Notes: generated from the sequence alone by a model not told the origin. A stretch of 64,000 nt of DNA from Halarcobacter sp. (GCA_048571215.1 CP182352.1:1056001-1120000), one strand, 5' to 3'; counted from the stretch's first letter, positions 1-10,130 are shown. Made by a program: numbers and translations.

Positions 1-1
1 A

Positions 2-517
2 TTTGATGTAAATGTCCCTTCCTTAAATGGTTTTGAACTACTTAAACAAATAAGAGAGTATAACAACAACACCCCAGCAATTTTTATAACTTCACTTAAC
101 TCTATGGATTCTTTGGAAGAGGGCTTTAAAAGTGGATGTGATGATTATATTAGAAAACCTTTTGAGTTAAAAGAGCTACTTTTAAGGGTTCAAACTATTA
201 TTAAAAGGGAGTTTTCAAATAAATCAGAAGAGATTAAAATAGATGATAATATTGTTTTTAATACCTCTAATAACGAACTAATAAAAGATAATGAGGTTGT
301 TCCTTTAAATTTCAAAGAGTTAAAGCTTTTAAAATTTTTTTTACAAAATAAAGACCAACTTCTAATCCACGATAGAATCTACGATTATGTTTGGGAGTAT
401 GATGAACAATATAGTGATAACTCCCTAAGAACTTATATTAAAAACTTAAGAAAAGTGTTGGGAAAAGATAGAATTGTTAGTCTTAAAAAGCTTGGATATC
501 GATTTAACACAAAGTGA
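2..517 (+). CDS. OmpR/PhoB-family response regulator (5' end lies outside the window)
   Basis: Frame is open from base 2 (FDVNVPSLNGFELLK...PAIFITS), then GCDDYIRKPF and a winged-helix end (SLRTYIKNLRK...LGYRF). Confidence 0.93.
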   Translation, partial: FDVNVPSLNGFELLKQIREYNNNTPAIFITSLNSMDSLEEGFKSGCDDYIRKPFELKELLLRVQTIIKREFSNKSEEIKIDDNIVFNTSNNELIKDNEVVPLNFKELKLLKFFLQNKDQLLIHDRIYDYVWEYDEQYSDNSLRTYIKNLRKVLGKDRIVSLKKLGYRFNTK

Positions 518-1667
518 AAAAAGAACCCTCTTAGGTTTTTTGACCCTATACTCTTTTTTAACTATTGTAATTTTATTTTTTATTTCTTATTTATATTTCA
601 ACTTAGAAAAAAATATCATGCTTCAAGAAAAAAGGGTTTTGCTTCAAGAATACTCAAATGATTTGATTTTTAGACTCAAAGATTTACATATCAATTTTGA
701 TAAATACAAATTTTATCCTAGGGATGAGAAGTTTAAATCAGCTATTTATGATAGTGATAAAAAAAAGATTTTTTCAACTTTGGATGAACCAAAAGTTCAA
801 CTAAAAAAAGTGATTTATACTGTTGGTTCAAAAATACATTTTATAAAAGAACCAGAATCATACTATTTAGGTGCGAAATATGTTGTATTAGAGATATCTG
901 ATGATAAGGTTTGGCTTGAAAAGGTAAAAAAAGAGATATTTATATTTGTTGTTATTGCTTTTATCTTTATGACCTTTTTTGGATACTTCTTATTAAAGCT
1001 GTTTTTAAAGCCTATGAGAGACTCTTTACATCTATTAGATAGATTCATTAAAGATACTACCCATGAGCTAAATACCCCCATCTCTGCTATTTTAACCAAT
1101 GTAGAAATGATAGATATAAATAGTTTGGATGAAAAGTTGGCAAAAAAGATAAAAAGGATAGATATTGGGGCAAAAACCATATCTAATATCTATGAGGATT
1201 TGACCTTTTTAACCCTAAGCAATAAAATCATTTCTCAAAATGAACTTTTAGATTTATCTAAAATAGTAAAACAAAGAGTAGAGTATTTTAAAACCTTAGC
1301 TGATGTAAAAAAACTTAGTTTAAAAAGTTTTATTGATGAAGATGTAACAATGGTTTGTGATCTTAAAAAGATATCAAAACTTATAGATAATCTTTTATCA
1401 AATGCTATAAAGTACAATAAGATTAAAGGTTCTATAACCATTATCCTAAAAGATAATTATTTATCTATAGAAGATACAGGAAAAGGGATATCTAAAAAGC
1501 AAATCTCACAACTATTTCAAAGATATAAAAGGTTTGATAAAAGTGTTGGAGGGTTTGGTATTGGTTTAAATATTGTTTCAATGATTGCAAAAGAGTATGA
1601 ACTTAAAATAGAAGTTAAATCAGAAGAAAATAAGGGAACTAAAATGGAGATACGATGGGAAAATTGA
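474..1667 (+). CDS. Sensor histidine kinase (start may be TTG at 492)
   Basis: Two TM segments, H-box DTTHELNTP, N-box NLLSNAIKY, G-boxes DTGKGI and GGFGIGL; overlaps the response regulator. Confidence 0.95.
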   Translation: MLVLKSLDIDLTQSEKRTLLGFLTLYSFLTIVILFFISYLYFNLEKNIMLQEKRVLLQEYSNDLIFRLKDLHINFDKYKFYPRDEKFKSAIYDSDKKKIFSTLDEPKVQLKKVIYTVGSKIHFIKEPESYYLGAKYVVLEISDDKVWLEKVKKEIFIFVVIAFIFMTFFGYFLLKLFLKPMRDSLHLLDRFIKDTTHELNTPISAILTNVEMIDINSLDEKLAKKIKRIDIGAKTISNIYEDLTFLTLSNKIISQNELLDLSKIVKQRVEYFKTLADVKKLSLKSFIDEDVTMVCDLKKISKLIDNLLSNAIKYNKIKGSITIILKDNYLSIEDTGKGISKKQISQLFQRYKRFDKSVGGFGIGLNIVSMIAKEYELKIEVKSEENKGTKMEIRWEN

Positions 1668-1984
1668 TTTTTTTATTTGTTATATTAACAACTCTTTTAA
1701 ATGCAAGTGTATATGAAACAAACTGCGTATTTTGTCACAAGAAATTGCCAGTTTCTATTGATAAATATTTTTATAGATATCTTTTAAAATATAGTAGTGA
1801 AAAAAGTGTAAAAAGTGCTATGCACGATTATCTTCAAAAACCATCAAAAGAAAAAACAATTATGCCAGAAGCTTTTATAAAAAGATTTGGAATCAAAAAA
1901 GCAACAAAACTCAATGAAAAGCAGCTAAATGAGGCTTTAGATTCATATTGGGAAAAGTACAAAGTATTTGGAAAACTCAAATAA
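1655..1984 (+). CDS. Small secreted mono-haem c-type cytochrome-like protein
   Basis: Signal-peptide-like N-terminus and a CVFCH (CxxCH) motif. Confidence 0.7.
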   Translation: MGKLIFLFVILTTLLNASVYETNCVFCHKKLPVSIDKYFYRYLLKYSSEKSVKSAMHDYLQKPSKEKTIMPEAFIKRFGIKKATKLNEKQLNEALDSYWEKYKVFGKLK

Positions 1985-2005
1985 ACTTTTTATAGATAAT
2001 TTATC

Positions 2006-2035
2006 CACAATCAATTCACAATTAGATTTTATACT
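2006..2035 (+). promoter_or_regulatory. Direct repeat CACAAT-N5-CACAAT (OmpR-type box) plus -10-like TATACT upstream of cytochrome c553
   Basis: CACAAT at 2006-2011 and 2017-2022 (11-bp period); TATACT at 2030-2035; AAGGAG RBS before 2063. Confidence 0.55.
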
Positions 2036-2062
2036 TCTTACATAAAAATTAAGGAGTATTAA

Positions 2063-2365
2063 ATGAAAACTACAAAAATTTTAGCAGGTATATTAATCCT
2101 AGGAGCGGCATCACTTTTTGCAAGCGATGGAGCAAATATTTATAAAGCATGTGCAACATGTCATGGTGCAAACGCTGAGAAACATGCATTAGGAAAATCT
2201 CAAGTTATTCAAGGTTGGGATGTAGCAAAAGTTGAAAAAGCTCTACATGGTTATAAAGATGGATCTTATGGCGGACCTATGAAAGGTGTTATGAAAGGTC
2301 AAGTTGCAAGACTATCTGATGCAGATATAAAAGCAGTTGCAGAACATATTGCCTCATTAAAATAG
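2063..2365 (+). CDS. Cytochrome c553-like class I c-type cytochrome
   Basis: Signal peptide, CATCH haem motif, GGPMKGVMKGQ axial-Met region. Confidence 0.92.
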   Translation: MKTTKILAGILILGAASLFASDGANIYKACATCHGANAEKHALGKSQVIQGWDVAKVEKALHGYKDGSYGGPMKGVMKGQVARLSDADIKAVAEHIASLK

Positions 2366-2389
2366 GCTAATAAAGTAAAAGGATAGATT

Positions 2390-2944
2390 ATGAAACGATT
2401 ATCTCTAATATTAGTTTTTTTAGTATCATCTTTATTTGCACAAGGGGATAGGTTTTATGATTTTGCAAAGGTGACTTATTCTCAACCTATTTATGATTAT
2501 GTATATGATAGGGGGAATCCCCATAGAGAGTGTAGAGAAGTTAGAAAAAAAGTAAGAGATTATGATGATGGATATTATTCTAATTCTAATTATAACGACT
2601 CTCTGGGCGTAGATACTTTAGTTGGTGTTGCCTCAGGAGCTATTTTAGGTAGCCAAATAGGAAAAGGCAATGGACGAGTAGCTGCACAAATTGTGGGTGG
2701 TTTACTTGGAGCTAAAGTTGCCCATGAGATTAGAAACAATTATAAACCATCTTCAAGATACAATGATAATTATAGGGATGATAGATATGTTACTACTACA
2801 GAGTGTTATAACACTTATGATAAGGTAAAAAGAAAAGTTATCTCTGGATATAAAAACTATTTTGTTTATAATGGAACTGAACACTTTAAAATTACTGACA
2901 GACCAATTAGAAAAGTAAGAATAACTCACACAATAAATTACTAA
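2390..2944 (+). CDS. Secreted glycine-zipper 2TM domain protein (YcfJ-like)
   Basis: GVASGAILGSQIGKGNGRVAAQIVGGLLGAKVA glycine zipper, signal peptide, two Cys. Confidence 0.85.
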   Translation: MKRLSLILVFLVSSLFAQGDRFYDFAKVTYSQPIYDYVYDRGNPHRECREVRKKVRDYDDGYYSNSNYNDSLGVDTLVGVASGAILGSQIGKGNGRVAAQIVGGLLGAKVAHEIRNNYKPSSRYNDNYRDDRYVTTTECYNTYDKVKRKVISGYKNYFVYNGTEHFKITDRPIRKVRITHTINY

Positions 2945-2971
2945 AAGAGTAAAGAGCTTCTCTTTACTCTT
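2945..2971. terminator. Bidirectional hairpin terminator between convergent genes
   Basis: AAGAGTAAAGAG-ctt-CTCTTTACTCTT, perfect 12-bp stem. Confidence 0.8.
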
Positions 2972-3800
2972 AAGATAGAAGTCTAGTTACAATATTTTGA
3001 TTTATATTATTTGATTGTGCTGCTGCATATGCACCAATTTGTGCTAATACATTTTGTTTACTAAAATTAGAAACCTCTTTTGCATAATCAACATTTGTCA
3101 ATATAGAACTTGATTCTCTTGTTTGTGTATATTGAGTTAAAAGATTTGTTGATGCACTTTCAAGTTGATTTTGTGTTGAACCAAACTCTCCTCTATAATC
3201 ATTTACTGTGTTAATCGCATCATCAACTTTATCCAAAAAACTTCTTGCAGTTGATGAGTCAAAATTTGAAGGGTCTTGATTTAGTAAATCTTGCAATCCA
3301 ACACCTACAGTATTTGATTGTACACTTCCTGATTCAATTATATTTTCTCCGTCAGTTCCCACTTGAAACTGTTGTCCTTGGGTAGCACTTTGATCATCAC
3401 TTCCATTTTGTAATAAAGTTTCACCATTATAGTTCGTACTACTTGCTATATTGTCAAAATTTTTAAGCAAATCTTGTATATCTGTTAATAAAGCTTCTCT
3501 ACCATCTTGAGAAGTAGTATCTGTAGATGCTTGTAAAAGTTTTTCTTTTACCGTATCTAATATACTTGATTGTTCCGCTATAGCTTTATCACCAATTTGA
3601 GTTAAAGCAATAGCACTATTAGTATTATCTATTGATTGAGATAATCCACTAGCTTCTACATTTAAATTTGTGGCAATAGCTAAAGCTGAAGCATTATCAG
3701 CTGCACTTCCAACTTCTAAACCTGTTGCAATCCTATTTAAAGATTGATTTAGATTTAAATAAGGACTCTGGTTAAGTTGTACATTGTTACTTATTTCCAT
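2970..3800 (-). CDS. Short flagellin-like protein (conserved N- and C-terminal domains only)
   Basis: SLNRIATGL..SAADNAS, TNYNGETLL, QFQVG, RGEFGSTQNQLE, VDYAKEVSNFSKQNVL. AAGGAG RBS favours ATG at 3800 over 3818. Confidence 0.88.
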   Translation of the reverse strand: MEISNNVQLNQSPYLNLNQSLNRIATGLEVGSAADNASALAIATNLNVEASGLSQSIDNTNSAIALTQIGDKAIAEQSSILDTVKEKLLQASTDTTSQDGREALLTDIQDLLKNFDNIASSTNYNGETLLQNGSDDQSATQGQQFQVGTDGENIIESGSVQSNTVGVGLQDLLNQDPSNFDSSTARSFLDKVDDAINTVNDYRGEFGSTQNQLESASTNLLTQYTQTRESSSILTNVDYAKEVSNFSKQNVLAQIGAYAAAQSNNINQNIVTRLLS

Positions 3801-3847
3801 AGTATACTCCTTATACATTTCTTATACTACATTTTATTACTTATAAG

Positions 3848-3864
3848 ATTAAGGGAATATTAAG
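3848..3864 (-). promoter_or_regulatory. Direct repeat CTTAAT-N5-CTTAAT upstream of the flagellin-like gene
   Basis: Plus-strand ATTAAG at 3848-3853 and 3859-3864 (11-bp period), just upstream of a TAAAAT -10-like hexamer on the minus strand. Confidence 0.4.
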
Positions 3865-3885
3865 CGTGAAAATTAGTTATTTTTA

Positions 3886-5175
3886 CTATTTCTTATTTTT
3901 TGGAGAGTCATTTAACTCAGATGCACTTTTAATAATATCTATACCAAACTTGTTTCTAAGTTTTTGTATTTGATTTGATAGTTCTCTTTTTTTTAAGTCA
4001 TTTTCATATTCAAAAATATTATAGGTAAACTCTTTAGGTTTTGAGAAGTTATATACAGTAAGATTTAGTTGCACCACCCCGTGTGAAGGGTGTGTGTCGT
4101 TTTCCATAAAAAGTTTTTGAGTATTGTATTTAAAGTCAGTTTCATTGAAAATTCTATTTACATTTATAAAGGCTTTAGATTTTGTATTTGATTCATATTT
4201 GATTTTTATAGCATAAGTTAGAGGATTCACTTGGGCTTTTTTTACCAAAAAACATAGGTACCTACTTAAAATTATTACTCTTCTTTTAAGTTCTTCTCTA
4301 TCATAGATTGTATCAAAGGTTCTACCTATACCTATAGACTTTTTATCTTTTTGCAAGGCTATTTGATTGTCGTTTATTCCACAAACTTTATTATATAGTT
4401 CAATTCCTGGCTTCTTCCAAGAATAAAAAAGATTTTTTTTACTCTCTATATCACCCAAAGTTCGTATCCCATACCCTTTTAATCTATTTTGGTAAGCTTT
4501 TCCAATACCTGGAAACTCTCCTACAGGTATATCTTTTATAAACTCTTTTATATCATCTTTGGCTACATATTTTATCCCATTTGGTTTGGCATATTCTGTT
4601 ATAAGTTTTGATAGATATTTTGAGTGAGCTATTCCTATTGATATAGGTAGGTCAAGCTCTTTTTTTATCTTTTGTTTTAATTTTAAAGCGAACTCTTCAA
4701 CTTCGTCATCTTTTAAATATCCCGTTAAATCTCCAAAAAATTCATCTATAGAAAGTTGCTCAACCAAAGGTATCTCATGCTCCAAAAGTTTTAGAAGTTT
4801 ATGGGAAAGTTCATGGTACAAAGGATAATTTGGTGGTACCATTTTTAGATTTGGGCAGAGTCTAAGTGCCTCATTTACACTCATGGCAGTTTTTACCCCA
4901 TAGGCTCTTGCCTCATAAGAGGAGGTTGTTATTATCCCTCTTATTCTTCCATTTTCATCTACAAAATACTCTTTAAAACTTTTCTGTCCCTCATTTGTTA
5001 GAATAGTACTTATAAAAGCACCACTATTTTCACTAATCTCTCTTTTCTCTTTTTGTGAAGAGAAAATATTAAGATTGCTTCTACCTCCAACGGCAGCTGG
5101 AATATTTTCTAAACTTTTATCTAAAGTTCTATGGGCAGATATAAAAAAACAGTCTAAATCTAGGTGTAAAAACAT
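3886..5175 (-). CDS. dinB: Y-family DNA polymerase IV
   Basis: HLDLDCFF, SYEARAYGVKTAM, SIDE and KSIGIGRTF motifs. Confidence 0.93.
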   Translation of the reverse strand: MFLHLDLDCFFISAHRTLDKSLENIPAAVGGRSNLNIFSSQKEKREISENSGAFISTILTNEGQKSFKEYFVDENGRIRGIITTSSYEARAYGVKTAMSVNEALRLCPNLKMVPPNYPLYHELSHKLLKLLEHEIPLVEQLSIDEFFGDLTGYLKDDEVEEFALKLKQKIKKELDLPISIGIAHSKYLSKLITEYAKPNGIKYVAKDDIKEFIKDIPVGEFPGIGKAYQNRLKGYGIRTLGDIESKKNLFYSWKKPGIELYNKVCGINDNQIALQKDKKSIGIGRTFDTIYDREELKRRVIILSRYLCFLVKKAQVNPLTYAIKIKYESNTKSKAFINVNRIFNETDFKYNTQKLFMENDTHPSHGVVQLNLTVYNFSKPKEFTYNIFEYENDLKKRELSNQIQKLRNKFGIDIIKSASELNDSPKNKK

Positions 5176-5234
5176 AATGAAAGTTTACCACAATATGTTT
5201 CAAATTGCAATAAAATTTCAATATGTAATAAATA

Positions 5235-6314
5235 TTATATTTGATAGTCTGGCGTGTTATCTTTCCATTCAAAGATAAAACACATAGGAAGCTGATTTTT
5301 TTTGTTTAAGATTATAGCTGTTATGGTTGCAGATATAAAAATAGAGATAATAGCAACAGCTGAAGCTAAAGCAAGGGTTGACATACCTGTTAAACCTTGT
5401 CCAACAGTACAACCAATAGACATAACTCCACCAGTACCCATCAAAGCTCCACCAAACATATTGTATTTTATTCTGTTTTCACTTTTTGCAGCAGTACATC
5501 CAAAGCTATATTTTTTATTTGCTTTTGCCATAAAAAATGCCCCAAAAACAACACCTAATACTAAACTAATAGAAAAACTTAATTGATTTACTTGATAGTA
5601 TGCAAAAAGTTCTATGGTTTTAGCAGTTGGATAGATAAAAGAAACACTCTCTAAGTTTACTATTCTTTCAATACTCTCAGCACCTATAACTCCAGTGATA
5701 TACCAACCTGCTGATATAAGCAAGCCTAAAATTGCCCCATCCCATAAACTTGGAAGTCTTTTTATCTTTTTAACTAAAATCATAAGTAAAACAATAAGTA
5801 AAGCAGCTACAAAATAGATATTCATGGTGATATTTCCAAGTTGTGCAGACCAGTCAAGCAAAGTTTGGTTGTTTATTATTGGATTGAAAATCTCTCTTGT
5901 AAAACCTCTTACTGTAGCAAAAGCAAAAATACCTACAAACAAAAGGGTGATTAAAGAGTTTGTATCCCCTTGTGCAAATTTGACTAATTGTCTATTGCTA
6001 CAACCATCTGCAAACATCATTCCTATACCAAATAGTATCCCACCTAAGGCTATAGAAAAGTAGTTTAGATTGTCTCTATAATAGTTTGAATCACTTAAAT
6101 CAATCTCAAAATATTTTGAAACTATAGCAGTAGAGATAATAGCAACAATCATTGCCATAATAACTGATGAACCTCTCATTGTAGATTTTGTTAACATATA
6201 ATCTTTTATAGAACCACTAAAACAAAACTGCTTTTTTTGTCCAATAGCTCCAAAGGCAAGACCTAAGATAAATCCTAATATATTAACTAACTGAAAAACT
6301 TCTAAATCTGGCAT
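5235..6314 (-). CDS. YeeE/YedE-family (thiosulfate/sulfur compound) membrane transporter; start probably 6314, ORF open to 6362
   Basis: Multi-TM protein with QFCFSG, GMMFADGCSN and GGVMSIGCTVGQGLTG Cys motifs. Confidence 0.88.
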   Translation of the reverse strand: MPDLEVFQLVNILGFILGLAFGAIGQKKQFCFSGSIKDYMLTKSTMRGSSVIMAMIVAIISTAIVSKYFEIDLSDSNYYRDNLNYFSIALGGILFGIGMMFADGCSNRQLVKFAQGDTNSLITLLFVGIFAFATVRGFTREIFNPIINNQTLLDWSAQLGNITMNIYFVAALLIVLLMILVKKIKRLPSLWDGAILGLLISAGWYITGVIGAESIERIVNLESVSFIYPTAKTIELFAYYQVNQLSFSISLVLGVVFGAFFMAKANKKYSFGCTAAKSENRIKYNMFGGALMGTGGVMSIGCTVGQGLTGMSTLALASAVAIISIFISATITAIILNKKNQLPMCFIFEWKDNTPDYQI

Positions 6315-6434
6315 TATAAATCCTATATATAATATTCTCTTATGTTCTAAATAATTTTGCATTATAGAGTAATTTTAATAAATCTAATAAAACCTATAGA
6401 ATTTATGGTAATTTTTTAAGAATATTTAAAAGAT

Positions 6435-6464
6435 AAAGGGTCATAAACTTTTTTATGACCCTTT
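6435..6464. terminator. Hairpin terminator downstream of the dienelactone hydrolase gene
   Basis: AAAGGGTCATAAA-cttt-TTTATGACCCTTT, 13-bp stem. Confidence 0.75.
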
Positions 6465-6467
6465 TTA

Positions 6468-7199
6468 TTATTTTAAAGTATTAGCTAAAATCTCAGTAAA
6501 TCTAGCCCAAGATTCTTCATCTGCTTTTTTATGGTATCTATTTGAACCTATGACTGAAAAAGCATGGGGTGCTCCACTATAAACTGTCATCTCATATTGT
6601 GCTTTTACATCTTCTAGTTGAGTTACAAGACTTGCAAAGTCTGATATAGGCACTACTTTGTCAGCTCCTCCATGAAATACAAAAACACTACCTTTTAGTT
6701 TTGAATAATCTTGCCCCTTAGGTGTTGCTAAACCACCGTGAAAAGAGATAAATGATTTTAAGTTTGCTCCAGATCTTGCCATCTCCAAGATAGCTGCTCC
6801 ACCAAAACAGTATCCAATTCCAACTGCATTTGATATATTTGCTCCTTGAGATTTAGCAAGCTCTAAACCTGCATCTAAAAGTGATCTCATCTTTTCTCTA
6901 TCTTGATAAAGTTCACTTGTTAATCTTTTTTTATCTTCTAAAGCAGTTGGTCTAATACCTTTCCCATATAAATCAACTGCAAAACTAGCATAACCTAAAT
7001 CATAAAGCATTTTTGCTCTTTTTATCTCATAATCAGTCAAACCATCCCAATCATGTACTATATAAACTAAAGGTGCATCTTTTGATGGAGTACTATAATA
7101 ACCTTCATACTCCTTGCCATCTACTTTATAGCTTATGAAACCTTCTGAGGCAACTAAAAGTGATATTGATACAAACATAAATAAAACTATTTTTTTCAT
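6468..7199 (-). CDS. Dienelactone hydrolase family protein with signal peptide
   Basis: HDWDGL, GYCFGG nucleophile elbow, HGGADKVV, APHAF. Confidence 0.92.
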   Translation of the reverse strand: MKKIVLFMFVSISLLVASEGFISYKVDGKEYEGYYSTPSKDAPLVYIVHDWDGLTDYEIKRAKMLYDLGYASFAVDLYGKGIRPTALEDKKRLTSELYQDREKMRSLLDAGLELAKSQGANISNAVGIGYCFGGAAILEMARSGANLKSFISFHGGLATPKGQDYSKLKGSVFVFHGGADKVVPISDFASLVTQLEDVKAQYEMTVYSGAPHAFSVIGSNRYHKKADEESWARFTEILANTLK

Positions 7200-7315
7200 A
7201 TAAAACTCCTTATTTTAAAATCTAAAAAATTATATTATCTTAAATAAATTTGTAACTTAAGAATTATTTTTAATAATACTTCCTATAATTAAGTTAAATC
7301 AAAAAAAGGTCCAAC

Positions 7316-7774
7316 TTGAAAACAATAATAAATCTTAAAAAAGTCAATGATAAGTTATTTACTTCTGGTCAACCAACGCAAGAACAGTTTGAGTTTATAG
7401 CAAATAACAAATTTGAAGTTGTTATAAATCTAGCTATTGTTTCAAGTGTAGGTAAAATAGAAAAAGAAGATGATATTGTCACAAGTTTGGGTATGAATTA
7501 TTTTCATATCCCAGTTGACTTTGAAACCCCAACAGTAAAAAACCTAAATGATTTTTTAGAAATAGTATATAAGTTTCAAGGGAAAAAAATCTGGGTTCAT
7601 TGTATAAAAAACTACAGGGTATCTGCTTTTATGTATGTATATCACAAATATATCTTGCAAACACCCTTTGAAGAGATTGATCTAGATATCTTCAATGAGT
7701 GGCAACCAAGTGAAGCTTGGCAAGATATTATGAAAACCCCAGCAGAGGATTTAAATCTAGATTTTTTAAATTAG
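7316..7774 (+). CDS. Tyrosine-phosphatase-like / DUF442-type protein (CX5R)
   Basis: TSGQP, VVINL, YFHIPV and WVHCIKNYRVS motifs; TTG start. Confidence 0.8.
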   Translation: MKTIINLKKVNDKLFTSGQPTQEQFEFIANNKFEVVINLAIVSSVGKIEKEDDIVTSLGMNYFHIPVDFETPTVKNLNDFLEIVYKFQGKKIWVHCIKNYRVSAFMYVYHKYILQTPFEEIDLDIFNEWQPSEAWQDIMKTPAEDLNLDFLN

Positions 7775-7842
7775 ATGCTTAGAGTTTTTTGGATAATATA
7801 AGCCCTTTAAAAAAATAAATACTTTTTACAAATGGACTGAAA

Positions 7843-8949
7843 TTGAAAATAGAGACAAAAGTTGCAAAATTTAAAGAGCCACTATATTTAGAGAGTGGGA
7901 GAATTTTAGAATCATATGAACTTATATATGAAACTTATGGGCAACTAAACGAAGATAAATCAAATGTTATAGTGATATGTCATGCACTTGCAGGTAGCCA
8001 CCATGTAGCAGGAAGATATGCCGATGAAGCAAAAGCTGGATGGTGGGATAAGTTTATAGGTGATGGAAAAGCAATAGATACTACAAAATATTTTGTAATT
8101 TGTTCAAATAATATAGGTAGTACTTTTGGTTCAACAAACCCTTTGAGTATTGACCCTTCAACAGGGAAAGAGTATAGATTAAAGTTCCCAGTTCTTACCA
8201 TATCTGATATTGTAAGGGCTCAAATGAAGCTTTATAAAAGTTTAGGTATCACAAATGCAAAAGCTGTTATTGGTGGAAGTATGGGTGGTATGCAAGCACT
8301 TTGTTACTCTATTGAGTATCCAGATTTTGCTGAACATATTTTTGCTATGGCTACAACTGCATACACAAGACCTTGGGCTATTGCTATAAATAAACTTGCA
8401 ATAGAATCAATAAGACATGACAAAGCCTTTAAAGATGGTTTTTATAAAAAAGGTGATTTGGAAGCTAGTGGATTACCAGGTCTTGCAATAGGTAGAATGG
8501 CTGGTTTGATAGCTTATCTAAGTCCTCAACTTTTTGATAGAAAATTTGGAAGAGAGTATTCACGAACAGATGGTTTATATGAACTTTTTGGTAGGTTTGA
8601 AGTGGAAAGGTATTTGGAGTATAACGCCTATAGTTTCCCAAAAATATTTGACCCACTTTGTTATTTGTATATTTGTAAAACCATGAATATTTTTGATGCA
8701 GGAAGAAACGAAGACACCCTTGAACACTCTTTTTCAAAGGTTAAAAGTAAACTTCATCTTATCTCTTTTAGTGATGATATGTTGTTTTTCCCAAATGAGA
8801 TGGAAGAGATAAGGGATATTATGATAAAACTAGGAAAACAAGACCAACTAACATATAAGATGGTAGAAAGCCAATCAGGACACGACTCTTTTTTAGTGGA
8901 AGTGGAAAAATTTGATAACTATGTAGTAGATATATTGGAGAATAAATAA
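7843..8949 (+). CDS. metX: Homoserine O-acetyltransferase
   Basis: CHALAG, GWWD, GGSMGGMQAL, GHDSFL motifs. Confidence 0.95.
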   Translation: MKIETKVAKFKEPLYLESGRILESYELIYETYGQLNEDKSNVIVICHALAGSHHVAGRYADEAKAGWWDKFIGDGKAIDTTKYFVICSNNIGSTFGSTNPLSIDPSTGKEYRLKFPVLTISDIVRAQMKLYKSLGITNAKAVIGGSMGGMQALCYSIEYPDFAEHIFAMATTAYTRPWAIAINKLAIESIRHDKAFKDGFYKKGDLEASGLPGLAIGRMAGLIAYLSPQLFDRKFGREYSRTDGLYELFGRFEVERYLEYNAYSFPKIFDPLCYLYICKTMNIFDAGRNEDTLEHSFSKVKSKLHLISFSDDMLFFPNEMEEIRDIMIKLGKQDQLTYKMVESQSGHDSFLVEVEKFDNYVVDILENK

Positions 8950-9164
8950 TGAGTGAAGAGATAGAAAAAATAGAAGAGAAACTAACATTTGAGAATAAAA
9001 TAGCAAAAGCAAAAGAGCTTTTAGAAAAACTAACAAACCCAGAAATAACCCTAAGTGACTCACTTGAAGTATATAAAACTGGGATGAAAGAGTTAGAAGA
9101 AGCTCAAAAAGAGTTAGAAGAAGCAAAACTAATATTTACAAAATTAGAAAAAACAAACTCATAA
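8949..9164 (+). CDS. xseB: Exodeoxyribonuclease VII small subunit
   Basis: TFENKI..LEKL...EITLSDSLEVYKTGM...AQKELEEA pattern, 71 aa. Confidence 0.9.
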   Translation: MSEEIEKIEEKLTFENKIAKAKELLEKLTNPEITLSDSLEVYKTGMKELEEAQKELEEAKLIFTKLEKTNS

Positions 9165-9242
9165 AAATATTGCAAATTGTTATATTTTTAAATACTTCTT
9201 TTAAAACTTGCTAAACTTCCTTCTATATTTAGGAGGGAGTTT

Positions 9243-9905
9243 ATGAAATCAATAACACAACTACAAACTATAGACAAACCAAGAGAGCGACTTTTAAAAT
9301 ATGGATTATCAGCACTTAAAAACTATGAACTTATAGCAGTTTTACTTGGAAGTGGAGTCCAAGGCAAAGATGTAATAAAACTCTCCCGTGAGATAGAAAA
9401 ATTTTTTAACTCAAACTTTGAAAACATAGATTTACAAACCCTTCTAAAAATACATGGCTTAGGCAAGGCAAAAGCTAGCCAGATAATAAGCGCTATAGAG
9501 CTAAGTCGCAGATACCTATTAGATACACAAAGTTATAAAATAAACTCTTCTAGTGATGTATATGAAGAGCTAAAACCCTATAAAAACAAACGCCAAGAAT
9601 ACTTTCTGACTCTATATTTAGATGGAGCAAATAATCTACTAGAAACCAAAATCATAACAATAGGAACCCTAAATCAAAGCCTAGTTCACCCAAGAGAAGT
9701 ATTCTCACACGCCATAGAAAAAAGATGCGCTAGTATAATAGTAGCCCATAATCACCCAAGTGGAATACTAAAACCAAGTAGTGAAGATATCAATGTAACA
9801 CAAAGACTGAAAGAGTCAGGGAAAATATTAGGCATAGAACTTTTAGATCATGTGATATTTACAAATGAGGGTTTTATTAGTTTACAAGAAGAGGGTGTGT
9901 TATGA
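9243..9905 (+). CDS. radC: RadC/UPF0758 JAB-domain protein
   Basis: KPRERL, ELIAVLLGSG, VHPREVF, HNHPSG...PSSED, LLDHVI. Confidence 0.95.
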   Translation: MKSITQLQTIDKPRERLLKYGLSALKNYELIAVLLGSGVQGKDVIKLSREIEKFFNSNFENIDLQTLLKIHGLGKAKASQIISAIELSRRYLLDTQSYKINSSSDVYEELKPYKNKRQEYFLTLYLDGANNLLETKIITIGTLNQSLVHPREVFSHAIEKRCASIIVAHNHPSGILKPSSEDINVTQRLKESGKILGIELLDHVIFTNEGFISLQEEGVL

Positions 9906-10127
9906 ATTTTGAAGATAAAGATAATAGACTAGATAGTTGGAATAATAAGAAAAAACAAATCAATAACAGAATAAATATAAATCATAAGAAAGACGGTAGC
10001 GTTAAGTTTCGGATACAACCTTGGAGTTTATGGTGGTTTGAAGTTGGAGAGAATATAGGCAGTTATTACAAATGAAGATATAAATGCTATACAAGATTTT
10101 ATAAAAAAATATTTAAGTATTTTTTAG
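9902..10127 (+). pseudogene. PemK/MazF-like toxin remnant with internal deletion and frameshift
   Basis: ATG overlaps the radC stop. 9902-10075 reads MNFEDKDNRLDSWNNKKK...WSLWWFEVGENIGS, matching the D.WN..KK and WW...GENIG N-terminus I recall for a PemK-like subfamily. Another frame (10062-10127) gives a plausible C-terminal helix, VITNEDINAIQDFIKKYLSIF*. The central RP core is missing. Confidence 0.65.
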
Positions 10128-10130
10128 ACA

